NCBI GenBank assembly: GCA_002269645.1 | Contig: NIVC01000872.1 | Location: forward strand, 109,545-173,544 | Reading direction: 5' to 3' | Source of the DNA: Macrostomum lignano | Lineage: Eukaryota | DNA length: 64,000 bases | In this document: piece by piece, positions 26,022 to 38,800 of the stretch | Position numbering within the stretch: the stretch's first letter is position 1 | How the letters are laid out: the number at the start of each line of letters is the position of its first letter | Translations under genes and position numbers: made by a program | Notes under the pieces: generated by a model | Database searches by the model: none | Told to the model about the DNA's origin: nothing | What the model saw: the letters and a program-made list of their open reading frames with translations, nothing else

Positions 26022-26221
26022 CTTAATTTGGTAGGACGCTCGCATCGCCTGGGTGACCAGCAGCAGTGAGCCAGATTTGACGTAGCAGAGCCGATAAGCT
26101 CCAGCGAGGCCCGAGCTGCCGTTGTCGAATTGGGTCAGAAAGTCCAGCAGCGGTGGCCGCCGCCGCAGTCGGCAGAAAATTCCACTGTCAGGGTGGCAGC
26201 GTCCAGCAGTTTGAAGAGGCG
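26022..26221 (-). CDS. WDR6: WDR6 exon 13 (contains a 1-nt frameshift)
   Basis: cattag|RLFKLLDAATLTVEFSADCGGGHRCW / DFLTQF...YRLCYVKSGSLLLV...YQIK|gtgcga; 200 nt between two phase-0 sites. Confidence 0.85.
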
Positions 26222-26404
26222 CTAATGATTTTTTTTAAATGAGAGATTATAATAGATCCGTAGGTATGAATTGTAGTAGTAGGGAAACTGACTGCATTAG
26301 AAGTGTAGCTATTAGTAGTATTAGCACACTCTCGCGCAGGGAGTACGGCGGCTCTGACTTTTAAATCGTCAGGCATGTACAGTCTCTGTGCCTTGGGGGT
26401 GGGT

Positions 26405-26606
26405 TAGTATTATTATTATTACTATTATTTTTATTATTATTATTATTAGTATTATTATTAGTAGTATTATATTTTTTATTAGTAGTAGTAGTATTAGTAG
26501 TAGTGGTAATAGTAGTAGTAGTATTAGTGGTAATTTTAGTAGTAGTAGTATTAGTGATAATAGTAGTAGTAGTAGTAGTAGTTGTATTAGTGGTAATAGT
26601 AGTAGC

Positions 26607-26642
<36 letters not shown>

Positions 26643-26662
26643 TGTTGTAGTTGTAGTAGTAG
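26405..26662. repeat. (ATT)n/(AGT)n trinucleotide repeat
   Basis: Direct reading. Confidence 0.95.
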
Positions 26663-26683
26663 AAGAAGCCGCACAAGTCTCAC

Positions 26684-26785
26684 CCCGTGAAACCCCAGCA
26701 GTTTGGTCTCTGGCAGTTGCTGTGCATCGCTAAAATGATTGCCAATCTGTACAGTTCGTTCAATCCATCGCATTTGTCCAGGCTC
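26684..26785 (-). CDS. WDR6: WDR6 exon 12
   Basis: cttcag|EPGQMRWIERTVQ...KLLGFHG|gtgaga; matches WDR6 MNWL...ILGFHA. Alternative in-frame acceptor at 26812. Confidence 0.85.
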
Positions 26786-26872
26786 CTGAAGTGGTTTCAA
26801 ATGAGAAATATCCTATTTAAAATGTTTGCTACCCAACATATCGTTAGTAAAAACATTTCCAAACAGTGTTGC

Positions 26873-27053
26873 TACACCTGCCAGTCCAAGGACTGGGGGG
26901 CCGCCCCACACACACCCTCAATTACCCCAGCTAATGCTGGCACCCATTTTACAGCTACTCATGCAAGGACACAAATTGTTCCGAGTAGGTCAAGAATCGA
27001 ACCCCCGACCTTTCAATCGTGAGTCTGACGCTCTAACCACTAAGTTACAACCT
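26873..27053 (-). mobile_element. SINE family 2, internally deleted copy
   Basis: Collinear with 38128-38800 but missing two internal segments. Confidence 0.8.
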
Positions 27054-27469
27054 CCAACACGTCTGTAGAAGTAGGTTTTACAGTATACAAAGCTAGTCAC
27101 GTGTAAAAAACTCTAAGAAATGTTTTTTAACGTAAAAGCCAGAAAAACGACTGCTTCATCTCTTCTCACTTATCTTTTTTACGGCAAAATGTGCGACTCG
27201 TTTTTTTACCTAAAACAGGAAAGCACCGTTAAAAGGTTGACCACAGGCGCTCGTAAAATAAAAAAACCAATTAGCAGCTATAATTAAAGGCTAAGAAGAA
27301 AGGAAACTTCGGTTTGTTTAAAAAGTAACTTGGCTTCTCCTTTTGAAGTTTAAACAGCGTATTTGGTATCCAGATTGAGGACCAAATTCAGATATATAAT
27401 AAAGGACGGTAATTTTTTGTGTTCAAAGTAGATTTTGGACTGTAGAACTGGGTATACCAGGTCGAATTT

Positions 27470-27692
27470 GAGGTAGATTGTAGAATTCAGGGTAGATGGT
27501 GAAATTCAGGGTAGATTGTAGAGTTTAGGGTAGATTGTAGAATTCAAGGCAGATTGTAGAATTCAGGGTAGATTGTAGAATTCAGGGTAGATTGTAGAAT
27601 TCAGGGCAGATTGTAGAATTCAGGGCAGATTGTAGAATTCAGGGCAGACTGTAGAATTCAGGGTAGATTGTAGAATTCAGGGCAGATTGTAG
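27470..27692. repeat. 19-bp minisatellite (GGTAGATTGTAGAATTCAG)
   Basis: About 11 units, mostly with GAATTC. Confidence 0.9.
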
Positions 27693-27745
27693 AGAAATCT
27701 ACACTGTTTCAAAAACAATAAAAATACAACACGGTCAGTGCAAAC

Positions 27746-28036
27746 CTTCACAATGCTCTCCTGAATGAAGCCTCCAACGGAGCCATCTTTATGATCGTCA
27801 GTTTCCAAGGCAACTCGCCAGCCAATCAGAGAGCCGTCTTTACCGCAGCTAAGCAGTCGGATGCTGCGTCTGGCCTCATCAGCGCTGTCAAGTGACATTG
27901 TCTCCAGATGCAATACGCCTGATTTATGAGCCTGTCGACTGGAGTGAACTCTCTGCCAACGCTTGGTCTGCGGGCGTTTTTTGAGGTTGATTATATGGGA
28001 GTTAAGAAGTCTGGGATCCGCACTGTGCTCCAGTTG
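27746..28036 (-). CDS. WDR6: WDR6 exon 11
   Basis: ccttag|QLEHS...AHKSGVLHLE...RLLSCGKDGSLIGW...IVK|gtttgc; 291 nt, phase 0. Confidence 0.85.
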
Positions 28037-28189
28037 CTAAGGTATCTATTGTGTCTATGGTAAAATTAAGCCCGTCTTTCGTTGTTATAGCAACAGGCAG
28101 GTGTATTTGGTTGCTAGGGTAACAGAAACTACGTCACCGTGTTGTAGCTATGGTAATAGAGCTATTCTTTATCAGTGTTATCAGTGTTA

Positions 28190-28620
28190 TAACTGCCTAA
28201 CAAGTGTGATATCTGTCTAACAGGTGTGACACCTGTCTAACAGGCGTGATATCTATCTAACAGGTGTGATACCTGTCTAACAAGTGTGACACCTGTCTAA
28301 CAGGTGTGATTTCTGTTTAACAGGGGTGATATCTGTCTAACAGGCGTGATATCTGTCTAACAGGTGTGATATTTATCTAAAAGGTGTGATACCTGACTAA
28401 CAAGTGAGATATCTGTCTAGCAGGTGTGATACCTGTCTAACAAGTGTGACACCTGTCTAACAGGTGTGATTGCTGTCTAACAGGTGTGGTACCTGTCTAA
28501 CAAGTGTGACACCTGTCTAACAGGTGTGATTGCTGTCTAACAGGTGTGGTACCTGTCTAACAGGTGTGATTGCTGTCTAACAGGTGTGGTACCTGTCTAA
28601 CAGGTGTACCTGTCTAAAAT
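28190..28620. repeat. 20-bp minisatellite (CAGGTGTGATACCTGTCTAA)
   Basis: Tandem units containing the hairpin ACAGGT-N5-ACCTGT. Confidence 0.93.
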
Positions 28621-28701
28621 GTGTGATTCGTGATTTCTGAGGCATAAAAGTCATTCAGCTTCATTGAACTTAATTTTTATTGAATTGTCGCAATTTCTCA
28701 C

Positions 28702-28929
28702 CTCCAAGTTTTGTACAATACAGTGCAACCGGCCAGACCGATCTCCAAGGATCATCACGGCCTGCGAGCCAATGCAGCTCAACTGCCCACAATTAATCCA
28801 TTCGAATCCGGAGGCTGACAGACTGACTGGCTCAGTGTTGACAGTTGCAGGGCAACTATTGCTGCTGTCGCTGGCTCCCTCTGATATTGGACTTTCAATA
28901 GAACTGTCAAACTTGAGCAATCCGAGAAT
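28702..28929 (-). CDS. WDR6: WDR6 exon 10
   Basis: aaacag|ILGLLKFD...VMILGDRSGRLHCIVQNLE|gtgaga; matches WDR6 CGDRRGSV; 228 nt. Confidence 0.85.
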
Positions 28930-28974
28930 CTGTTTTTGAAATTGAAAAATAATATATTTAGTAGACTTTGAGCA

Positions 28975-29130
28975 TAGGGGCAGTAGCCTAGTGGTCTAGC
29001 ATGGTTCTCTTATGTGGCAGAGGCTCAGACTTAGGTCACGGGTCCGAAAACTCCGCCCCACGAACCACATGCAGTACGCAGCCTCTCTAAACAGCACTCA
29101 GGTCCGTGAAACTTCACAATAGCAATCCGG
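28975..29130 (+). mobile_element. Possible degenerate tRNA-headed SINE (third family)
   Basis: GGGGCAGTAGCCTAGTGGTCTAGC A-box-like head only; no second copy. Confidence 0.3.
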
Positions 29131-29159
29131 CTTGCTTAGGATTTTTGTCCTTCTTTAGC

Positions 29160-29810
29160 TCTCTTTTTTCTCCTCTCTCCTCCTCTCACATCTCCTCTCT
29201 CCCCTCCTCTCCCATCTCCTCCTCTCCCATCTCCTCTCTCCCATCTCCTCCTCTCCCATCTCCTCTCTCCCATCTCCTCTCTCCCCTCCTCTCCCATCTC
29301 CTCCTCTCCCATCTCCTCTCTCCCATCTCCTCTCCCATCTCCTCTCTCCCATCTCCTCTCCCATCTCCTCTCTCCTATCTCCTCTCCCATCTCCCATCTC
29401 CTCTCTCCTCTCTCCCCTTCTCTCCCATCTCCTCTCTCCCCTCCTCTCCCATCTCCCATCTCCTCTCTCCTCTCTCCCCTCCTCTCCCATCTCCTCTCCC
29501 ATCTCCTCTCTCCTATCTCCTCTCTCCTATCTCCTCTCCCATCTCATCTCTCCCCTCCTCTCTCTTATCTCCTCTCTCATCCCCTCTCCCATCTCCTCTT
29601 CCCTCCTCTTTCTTCATCTACTCTCTCCTTACTCTCTCATCTCTTAACATCTCCTTTTCTCTCATCTTCTCCTACCCTCCTCTCTCATCTCCTCTAGACC
29701 CTTTCTCCCATCTCCTCTTCCCTCCTCTTTCATCTACTATCTCCCTCCTCTCTCTTCTCTCTCAACTCCTCTATCCCCCTCTCTCTCATCTTCTCCCCCT
29801 TCCTCTTCAC
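29160..29810. repeat. CT-rich low-complexity repeat (CCATCTCCTCTCTC-type)
   Basis: Direct reading. Confidence 0.9.
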
Positions 29811-29814
29811 TGTA

Positions 29815-29990
29815 CATTCATCGGCATTCGTGTACACTCTGTGTGCTCTCACGGCTGCGAATCACACGACAACCTCCCGGCTAATTTTTCCTGTGATGTG
29901 GAAGCCCCCAAACGATGTGGTAGAGCACGGAATCGAACCACCTGGGTGTGGTTGTGGCGCAAGAGTCGGACACCGCGTTTACCCACCTTT
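29815..29990 (-). mobile_element. Possible SINE fragment
   Basis: Minus strand has GGTGGGTAAACGCGGTGTCCGACTC...GGTTCGATTCCGTG (B-box GGTTCGATTCC). Confidence 0.35.
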
Positions 29991-30399
29991 ATAAAATGAT
30001 TTCCAAGGAAAAATAACAAGCACGAGTGTTACCAGCTACCTGAACAAACTGTTTTGCTGTTTCTCGTCTTAAATTTTACAAAGCAATATAAATAATGTGA
30101 CAGAAAGGAAACGAAAAGAGGAACGAACCCACCAGTACGAGCGTATAGTCTCGTCCTAAGCCCTAGGCTTTTTGACAATTTTCTTTAAAACACAGGTTTC
30201 CCCAGAAAATTTACGAGCAAAAGAGAATTTCCGTTTGAAAGGTTGCTTTTGAAAATATTCATAGAATCTTTAAACATTAAACATTTTGCAGAAAAAAGTA
30301 TGGAAGGAGAAGCTAAAGAAGACTTACAGTAATTTTGCATACTTAACAAGTCAACTAAGGAGAAATTCTAATACAATACGAATATGATTATTGCGGTTA

Positions 30400-31088
30400 G
30401 TGTTTATGACCAATTCTTGGGTCAGTGTGTATGATCAGTTCTTGGGTCAGTGTCTATGACCAATTCTTAGGTCAGTGTCTATGACCAATTCTTAGGTCAG
30501 TGTCTATGACCATTTGTTAGGTCATTGTCTATGACCAATTCTTGGGTCAGTGTCTATGACCAATTCTTGGGTCAGTGTCTATGACCATTTCTTGGGTCAG
30601 TGTCTATGACTATTTCTTGGGTCAGTGTCTATGACTATTTCTTGGGTCAGTGTCTATGACCATTTCTTGGGTCAGTGTCTATGACCATTTCTTAGGTCAG
30701 TGTCTATGACCATTTCTTAGGTCAGTGTCTATGACTATTTCTTGGGTCAGTGTCTATGACTATTTCTTGGGTCAGTGTCTATGACCATTTCTTGGGTCAG
30801 TGTCTATGACCATTTCTTGGGTCAGTGTCTATGACTATTTCTTGGGTCAGTGTCTATGACTATTTCTTGGGTCAGTGTCTATGACCATTTCTTAGGTCAG
30901 TGTCTATGACCAATTCTTGGGTCAGTGTCTATGACTATTTCTTGGGTCAGTGTCTATGACTATTTCTTGGGTCAGTGTCTATGACCATTTCTTAGGTCAG
31001 TGTCTATGACCATTTCTTGGGTCAGTGTCTATGACTATTTCTTGGGTCAGTGTCTATGACTATTTCTTGGGTCAGTGTCTATGACCAC
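30400..31088. repeat. 25-bp minisatellite (GGGTCAGTGTCTATGAC[C/T]ATTTCTT)
   Basis: About 27 units; the GGTCA-N7-TGACC inverted pair occurs in many units. Confidence 0.95.
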
Positions 31089-31142
31089 CCCTTGATCAGA
31101 GTCCATGGTCAATTCATAGCTAAACTTAAAACCGGCACTTAC

Positions 31143-31297
31143 CAACTTGTCGTGCACAGCGGATACAATAAAAGCATGATCTGATATCCAGCACAGGTTG
31201 AGAAGCCCACCAATAGTCTTGATGCTGTTTGCTTCATCAGAACTGTCAGGCATTGACAGCTGACCGCTGCGCCAAATGATGCGGCATGGATCATTGC
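31143..31297 (-). CDS. WDR6: WDR6 exon 9
   Basis: tttccag|GC NDPCRIIW...GGLLNLCWISDHAFIVSAVHDKL|gtaagt; 155 nt, phase 1 to 0. Confidence 0.75.
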
Positions 31298-31368
31298 CTG
31301 GAAATGATAGTGGCGATTCTGTGTGACACAGCCTTGTTCAGATGAGGGGAAACCAATGAATGACCAAC

Positions 31369-31648
31369 CATCCAATGTATTCGACACGTCAATCAGACAG
31401 CAAGCGGCGCCAGCTCCCTGTTCCAACGGTGTCGATTCTTCGGCGCACAGCAGGACGCGTCGATTCGGCGACATTCGAGCGCAGCTGCAGCGTCGCAACG
31501 GCGAGGCGGATTCTTGTTGCCGGGGCAGGCCGGCGACTTCCACTGGTCGGAGTGTCGGCTGAGGCTGCTCAGCGATGGAGCCGCGAAGGAGAAAGCTGAG
31601 TGATGGTGGGGAGTCCAGCAGTGAGGATTGAGGAGTCTTGGCGACTGT
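31369..31648 (-). CDS. WDR6: WDR6 exon 8
   Basis: tatag|TVAKTP...[18 protein letters not shown]...LD G|gttggt; 280 nt, phase-consistent but weakly conserved. Confidence 0.65.
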
Positions 31649-31654
31649 CTATAT

Positions 31655-32293
<639 letters not shown>

Positions 32294-32511
32294 ATGCATG
32301 CCACTTCAAGGCTATAACAAACAACAGCAGTTCCATTTACCCGTCATTAGTCAGCGCAATCAAATTACTGAACGAGTCGAAGAAAGCAAATCTAAGAAAG
32401 TCCTAAAATGTTTCGATTAAATGCGCATTAGGCTACTGATATAACTTTGTAAGAAGGTAAGTAGAAACAAAAGAAAATGCACATCATATTTTAAAAACAA
32501 CCCCAAAATAC

Positions 32512-32604
32512 CTTTTCTTTCATAACTAACTGACAGGATTCTGTGGTCTGCTTGCGATCGCTCACTTCCGAGCAGATTAGAGCTCCATCATTGCCGCCGG
32601 TGGC
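32512..32604 (-). CDS. WDR6: WDR6 exon 7
   Basis: cttcag|ATGGNDGALI...VMKEK|gtattt; matches ITGGDDSG. Confidence 0.8.
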
Positions 32605-32746
32605 CTGAAGCGCAGAGTGAAAAACCATAAAATAATCATAACCGAACACTGTTAATTGAAAAATGAGCCTTCAAAACATGTCTTAGAAACCGATTTCGAC
32701 CCTGGACTGTTCAATTTTAATTTTAAGGTTTTCCCCTAATTCGTAC

Positions 32747-32860
32747 CAACTTTGAACCGCTGCTATCAACAGCCAGACACCAGATATGCCGACCGATGTG
32801 TCGAGTCTCTTTGCGCAACAGCTGACCGTCGCAAGTTGACCAGGTAATTAAGGCGCAATC
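32747..32860 (-). CDS. WDR6: WDR6 exon 6
   Basis: ggtcag|DCALITWSTCDGQLLRKETRHIGRHIWCLAVDSSGSKL|gtacga; matches DCVCLVW...GHQGRGIRAIA. Confidence 0.9.
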
Positions 32861-32989
32861 CTGACCGATGAATGGATGATAAAGATAAAACGTATTAGCC
32901 TAATGCCTTTAAATTCAGGTTTGCAAATTGCGTCTCAATAAAATTTATATTAAACTTTTACATCTGGGTTGAGTTATTTCATAAGCTAT

Positions 32990-34730
32990 ACATAAACTAG
33001 ACACATCACAAGCTAGACAGACACATCACAAACCAGACACATCACAAACCAGACACATCACAAACCAGACACATCATAAACTAGACACATCACAAACTAG
33101 ACACATCACAAACCAGACACATCATAAACTAGACACACCACAAACCAGACACATCATAAACTAGACACACCACAAACCAGACACATCATAAACTAGACAC
33201 ATCACAAACCAGACACATCACAAACCAGACACATCACAAACTAGACACATCACAAACTAACAAACTAGACACATCACAAACCAGACACATCACAAACTAG
33301 ACACATCACAAACCAGACAAATCACAAACTAACAAACTAGACACATCACAAACTAGACACATCACAAACTAGACACATCACAAACTAGACACATCACAAA
33401 CTAGACACATCACAAACTAGACACATCACAAACTAGACACATCACAAACTAGACACATCACAAACTAGACACATCACAAACTAGACACATCACAAACCAG
33501 ACACATCACAAAGTAGACACATCACAAACCAGACACATCACAAACTAGACACATCACAAACCAGACACATCACAAACTAACAAACTAGACACATCACAAA
33601 CCAGACACATCACAAACTAGACACATCACAAACCAGACAAATCACAAACTAACAAACTAGACACATCACAAACCAGACACATCACAAACTAACAAACTAG
33701 ACACATCACAAACCAGACACATCACAAACTAGACACATCACAAACTAAACACATCACAAACCAGACACATCACAAACTAACAAACTAGACACATCACAAA
33801 CTAACAAACTAGACACATCACAAACCAGACACATCACAAACTAGACACATCACAAACCAGACACATCACAAAGTAGACACATCACAAACCAGACACATCA
33901 CAAACTAGACACATCACAAACTAGACACATCACAAACCAGACACATCACAAACTAACAAACTAGACACATCACAAACCAGACACATCACAAACTAGACAC
34001 ATCACAAACCAGACACATCACAAAGTAGACACATCACAAACCAGACACATCACAAACTAGACACATCACAAACTAGACACATCACAAACCAGACACATCA
34101 CAAACTAACAAACTAGACACATCACAAACCAGACACATCACAAACTAGACACATCACAAACCAGACAAATCACAAACTAACAAACTAGACACATCACAAA
34201 CCAGACACATCACAAACTAACAAACTAGACACATCACAAACCAGAGACATCACAAACTAGACACATCACAAACCAGACAAATCACAAACTAACAAACTAG
34301 ACACATCACAAACCAGACACATCACAAACTAACAAACTAGACACATCACAAACCAGACACATCACAAACTAGACACATCACAAACCAGACACATCACAAA
34401 CTAACAAACTAGACACATCACAAACCAGACACATCACAAACTAACAAACTAGACACATCACAAACCAGACACATCACAAACTAACAAACTAGACGCATCA
34501 CAAACCAGACACATCACAAACTAACAAACTAGACACATCACAAACCAGAGACATCACAAACTAACAAACTAGACACATCACAAACCAGACACATCACAAA
34601 CTAACAAACTAGACACATCACAAACCAGACACATCACAAACTAACAAACTAGACACAACACAAACCAGACACATAATAAATTAGACAAAGCACAAACCAG
34701 ACGCAACACAAACCAGACACATTACAAACT
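32990..34730. repeat. 16-bp minisatellite (AAAC[T/C]AGACACATCAC) with 24-bp variant units
   Basis: About 100 units; variant inserts AAACTAAC. Confidence 0.97.
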
Positions 34731-34817
34731 ATAAACAAAGTAAAAAACTATGAAATATGGACGTTATAAGTAATAGACTAAACTAAATTTGTTTATTAAC
34801 AAAAAACAACAGTTCAC

Positions 34818-35054
34818 CTCGCCAGCAGAGTAAAACAAATCTGAGCTCGGGCTCAAGCGAACAGACCAGACTCTGCTCTCGTGACCGTACAACTGGCACT
34901 GAGCTTCGTAGGTTAAAAGACGCGGCGAGTCAGACTCTGAAGGGGCGGCTGGGTCAATAGAATTTTTTCTACGCCAAATCACGATAGATCGATCGTCAGA
35001 TGCGGTCAGAATTATTGATTGGTCCGAGTTTGAGTCAATTGAGTAGATCACGCC
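34818..35054 (-). CDS. WDR6: WDR6 exon 5
   Basis: ttccag|GVIYSI...ILTASDDRSIVIW...LYGHESRVWSVRL...YSAGE|gtgaac; 237 nt. Confidence 0.95.
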
Positions 35055-35149
35055 CTGGAATGATAGGTACATGCGATATAGATAAGGGCAATAAACTATC
35101 CATGTGACTTTAGGAGTGTACATTTAGCAAGAGACAGCTTAGTAAGAGA

Positions 35150-36492
35150 TAAGAAGAAAAGATTAAGGTAAAGAAAAGAGAAGAGACAAGCTAAGATAAG
35201 AGATGAGACCGGGTGAGATGAGAGAAGAGACAGGCTGAGATAAGAAGAGATGGACAGAGATAAAGAGAAGATACAGGCTGTGATAAGAGAAGATACAGGC
35301 TGAGATAAGAGAAGATACAGGCTGAGATAAGAGAAGATACAGGCTGAGATGAGAGAAGATACAGGCTGAGATGAGAGAAGATACAGGCTGAGATAAGAGA
35401 AGATACAGGCTGAGATGAGAGAAGATACAGGCTGAGATGAGAGAAGATACAGGCTGAGATAAGAGAAGATACAGGCTGAGATAAGAGAAGATACAGGCTG
35501 AGATGAGAGAAGAGACAGGCTGAGATAAGAAGAGATGACAGAGATAAAGAGAAGATACAGGCTGAGATAAGAGAAGATACAGGCTGAGATGACAGAAGAG
35601 ACAGACTGAGATAAGAGAAGATACAGGCTGAGATGAGAGAAGATACAGGCTGAGATGAGAGAAGATACAGGCTGAGATAAGAGAAGATACAGGCTGAGAT
35701 GAGAGAAGAGACAGGCTGAGATAAGAAGAGATGGACAGAGATAAAGAGAAGATACAGGCTGTGATAAGAGAAGATACAGGCTGAGATGACAGAAGAGACA
35801 GACTGAGATAAGAGAAGATACAGGCTGAGATGAGAGAAGATACAGGCTGAGATGAGAGAAGATACAGGCTGAGATAAGAGAAGATACAGGCTGAGATAAG
35901 AGAAGATACAGGCTGAGATAAGAGAAGATACAGGCTGAGATGAGAGAAGATACAGGCTGAGATGAGAGAAGATACAGGCTGAGATAAGAGAAGATACAGG
36001 CTGAGATGAGAGAAGATACAGGCTGAGATGAGAGAAGATACAGGCTGAGATGAGAGAAGATACAGGCTGAGATGAGAGAAGATACAGGCTGAGATAAGAG
36101 AAGATACAGGCTGAGATGAGAGAAGAGACAGGCTGAGATAAGAAGAGATGGACAGAGATAAAGAGAATATACAGGCTGAGATAAGAGAAGATACAGGCTG
36201 AGATAAGAGAAGATACAGGCTGAGATGAGAAAAGAGACAGGCTGAGATGACAGAAGAGACAGACTGAGATAAGAGAAGATACAGGCTGAGATGAGAGAAG
36301 ATACAGGCTGAGATGAGAGAAGATACAGGCTGAGATAAGAGAAGATACAGGCTGAGATAAGAGAAGATACAGGCTGAGATAAGAGAAGATACAGGCTGAG
36401 ATGACAGAAGAGACAGACTGAGATAAGAGAAGATACAGGCTGAGATGAGAGAAGATACAGGCTGAGATGAGAGAATATACAGGCTGAGATAA
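35150..36492. repeat. 22-bp minisatellite (GAGAAGATACAGGCTGAGAT[AA/GA])
   Basis: Tandem units read directly. Confidence 0.97.
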
Positions 36493-36514
36493 GCAAAAGG
36501 GTGCCTCTTCAAAC

Positions 36515-36722
36515 CTTGTGTCGTCCTGTCAGGCGACCCATCAGGTGAAGAAGCTCCTTCATTGACCGCGAAAGCGCCGCAGGAGCATCAGGTTGACAAT
36601 GGTAGAGATAATCTTCTAAATGTATCGACTCAAAACCGACCAAAAGCAGGTCGGAGAACATCGTGCCGCAGGCGAGCAGGATGCGACAAGGTGCATCCTG
36701 GTTCTGGATGATTGATTCGTTT
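36515..36722 (-). CDS. WDR6: WDR6 exon 4
   Basis: tcttag|A NES...ILLACGTMFSDLLLV...GRLTGRHK|gtttga; 208 nt, phase 2 to 0. Confidence 0.9.
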
Positions 36723-36949
36723 CTAAGAAACGTTGCCGAGGTTCTGCGTAGGCCAATAAAGTTTTTAAGTGGATTTCTTGTTTAGAGTTTTGCGAATTGG
36801 TCAGCAGTACTTCAAGTACCCTCCAAAATAGGTCAATGCCTCAATAAATAGGTCAACACACTAAATGGGTCATTGCTCTAATTGGCGAATACTCTATATG
36901 GGTCACTTATCTAAGTACATCAATACTACTCTCCAACAATTATACATTA

Positions 36950-37225
36950 CTTTACTAGCACTCTAAGTAGGTCAACACTATAAATGGGTCAGCACTCTAA
37001 GTAGGTCAACACTATAAATGGGTCAGCACTCTAAGTAGGTCAACACTATAAATGGGTCAGCACTCTAAGTAGGTCAACACTATAAATGGGTCAGCACTCT
37101 AAGTAGGTCAACACTATAAATGGGTCAGCACTCTAAGTAGGTCAACACTATAAATGGGTCAACACTCTAAGTAGGTCAACACTCTAAGTAGGTCAACACT
37201 ATAAATGTGTCAGCACTCTAAGTAC
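36950..37225. repeat. 34-bp minisatellite (AGCACTCTAAGTAGGTCAACACTATAAATGGGTC)
   Basis: About 8 units. Confidence 0.93.
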
Positions 37226-37358
37226 TCGTAGACCCTTCTTTGGTTCCATTCTGTAGTTTTACATGAGTGGATGTAGTATTTTGTGCTATTCTTAAAGTTA
37301 TGCACTGTGCAGTGCGTACTGGTACAGTGGTAAATTGAGAGTAGTAATAAATAATTAC

Positions 37359-37492
37359 AGAAAGCAGTTCTCATCATCCGGTGCTGGGATCTCCAAGTAG
37401 GACTGTCGAGAGGCGACAAATCTGGCTGCAGTTTTTCGACTTGTATCGCAGAGAAAAATGCCAAACTTGCATGTTGATAAAACTAGACAGTT
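37359..37492 (-). CDS. WDR6: WDR6 exon 3
   Basis: attcag|NCLVLSTCKFGIFLCD...PDDENCF CT|gtaatt; 134 nt, phase 0 to 2. Confidence 0.75.
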
Positions 37493-37606
37493 CTGAATAG
37501 AAGTTTACAACAGTTATTAATTAATAATTGGAATAATAAAACGAATGATATTTTGATTTATATTCATAGATATTCATTATATTCATGAATTCGGTATATT
37601 CATTAC

Positions 37607-37679
37607 CGAACTAAGCCAATAACAGTCGAGGCATTGTAGAGGAAAATTTTCGTCCATCCCAATAACATCGATAAGCTGT
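37607..37679 (-). CDS. WDR6: WDR6 exon 2
   Basis: ttttag|A QLIDVIGMDENFPLQCLDCYWLSS|gtaatg; LDCYWL matches WDARWL; 73 nt. Confidence 0.75.
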
Positions 37680-37779
37680 CTAAAATTGGGAAAAATGCTT
37701 CATATTACTGATGACAAGATAAGTAGGTGAAAAAGGTTAATATTGGTTTTTATAATAATTCCGTATTTTTTCTGGTTAC

Positions 37780-37982
37780 CCCTCTGCGCTGACTCGAATA
37801 GCCGCCCAAAAGCGAATGCCTAACAGAGTCAGCAAAATACAGTTGCTTTGCTTTGATGCTTCATCTAAAATTGTATAGAAATTTGGACCAATTAAAATGA
37901 GCCGATATGTATAGAAAACATAGTTTGTGGAGCAGGACTTGACAAAACTAACCAATGCAAATTCGATGAATAATGCAGCCAT
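37780..37982 (-). CDS. WDR6: WDR6 exon 1 (putative start)
   Basis: ATG at 37982; LIGPNFYTILD and LLGIRFWAAIRV resemble the WDR6 N-terminus; donor GG|gtaacc. Confidence 0.65.
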
Positions 37983-38127
37983 TTGGAAGGCTGTAAACAA
38001 CGCTGATCTTGCTGGCCATAGCGGTGGTAGAACCGTCGGAAAAGTTGCTACATTTTAGCCAGCTGCCCTCGCCTATGAATTGCATGATGTTACAAAATAA
38101 TAAATAAACAAAAATAATAATAACAAG

Positions 38128-38800
38128 TGATTACACCTGCCCCAAGTGGGCCAGATGTGCAACCGACAGCTCAGCCACAGCTATTGCGCGGCGCATCTGA
38201 AGGCTGCGTACGGCTCTTCAGTCCAAGGACTGGGGGGTCGCCACACACACCCTCAATTACCCCAGCTAATGCTGGCACCCATTTTACAGCTGGGTGAACT
38301 GCAGCAATGCAGAGTTAAGTGTCTTGCTCAAGGACACAAATTGTTCCGAGTGGGTCGGGGGCTGTAGCCCAGCGGTCTAGCGCAGCTGCTCTGGTGTGCC
38401 AGCGACACAGGCTCGATTCCAAGTGCAGTCACATTAATTTGGGGCTGAATTGGAATCTCGGCTTGGCTCTGCTCGTGCAATTAACGGCCTTGAGAGCCAA
38501 CCCTCCAAGGCGCAGTGAAGTGTACATGCCTAACGATAAAATAAAGTTAGGGCCGCTGTACACTCCTGTGTGAGTGTGTGTCTGCGTACGTATCCGCGCG
38601 CTTGTATGCCTGCTCAGGGGAGTCGGCGGAATGGGCAGTAATGCCTCTCGCCGGTTGTGTGCCTATGTCGCTTAAAGTGTGCCAGGGTGCACACAACCCC
38701 CTGCCTCTAATAAAAAAATAAAAATCCGAGTGGGTCGAGAATCGAATCCCCGACTTCCAGTCGTGAGTCCGACGCTCTAACCACTAGGCTGCAACCCCTG
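38128..38800 (-). mobile_element. SINE family 2 (tRNA head, CORE-like domain, (TTA)n tail), full-length and interrupted by a SINE1 insertion
   Basis: Head GGGGTTGCAGCCTAGTGGTTAGAGCG...GATTCGATTCTC. The segment GTGTCCTTGAGCAAGACACTTAAC...CAGCTGTAAAATGGG resembles the CORE domain of MIR-type SINEs. Confidence 0.85.
38358..38724 (+). mobile_element. SINE family 1 copy with 13-bp target-site duplication
   Basis: TSD TCCGAGTGGGTCG at 38345-38357 and 38725-38737. Confidence 0.95.

Noticed and set aside
31047-31142. Read-through of exon 9 into VSAGFKFSYELTMD...
   Set aside because: A strong gtaagt donor at 31142 joins in phase to exon 10; the extension runs into the 25-bp repeat.
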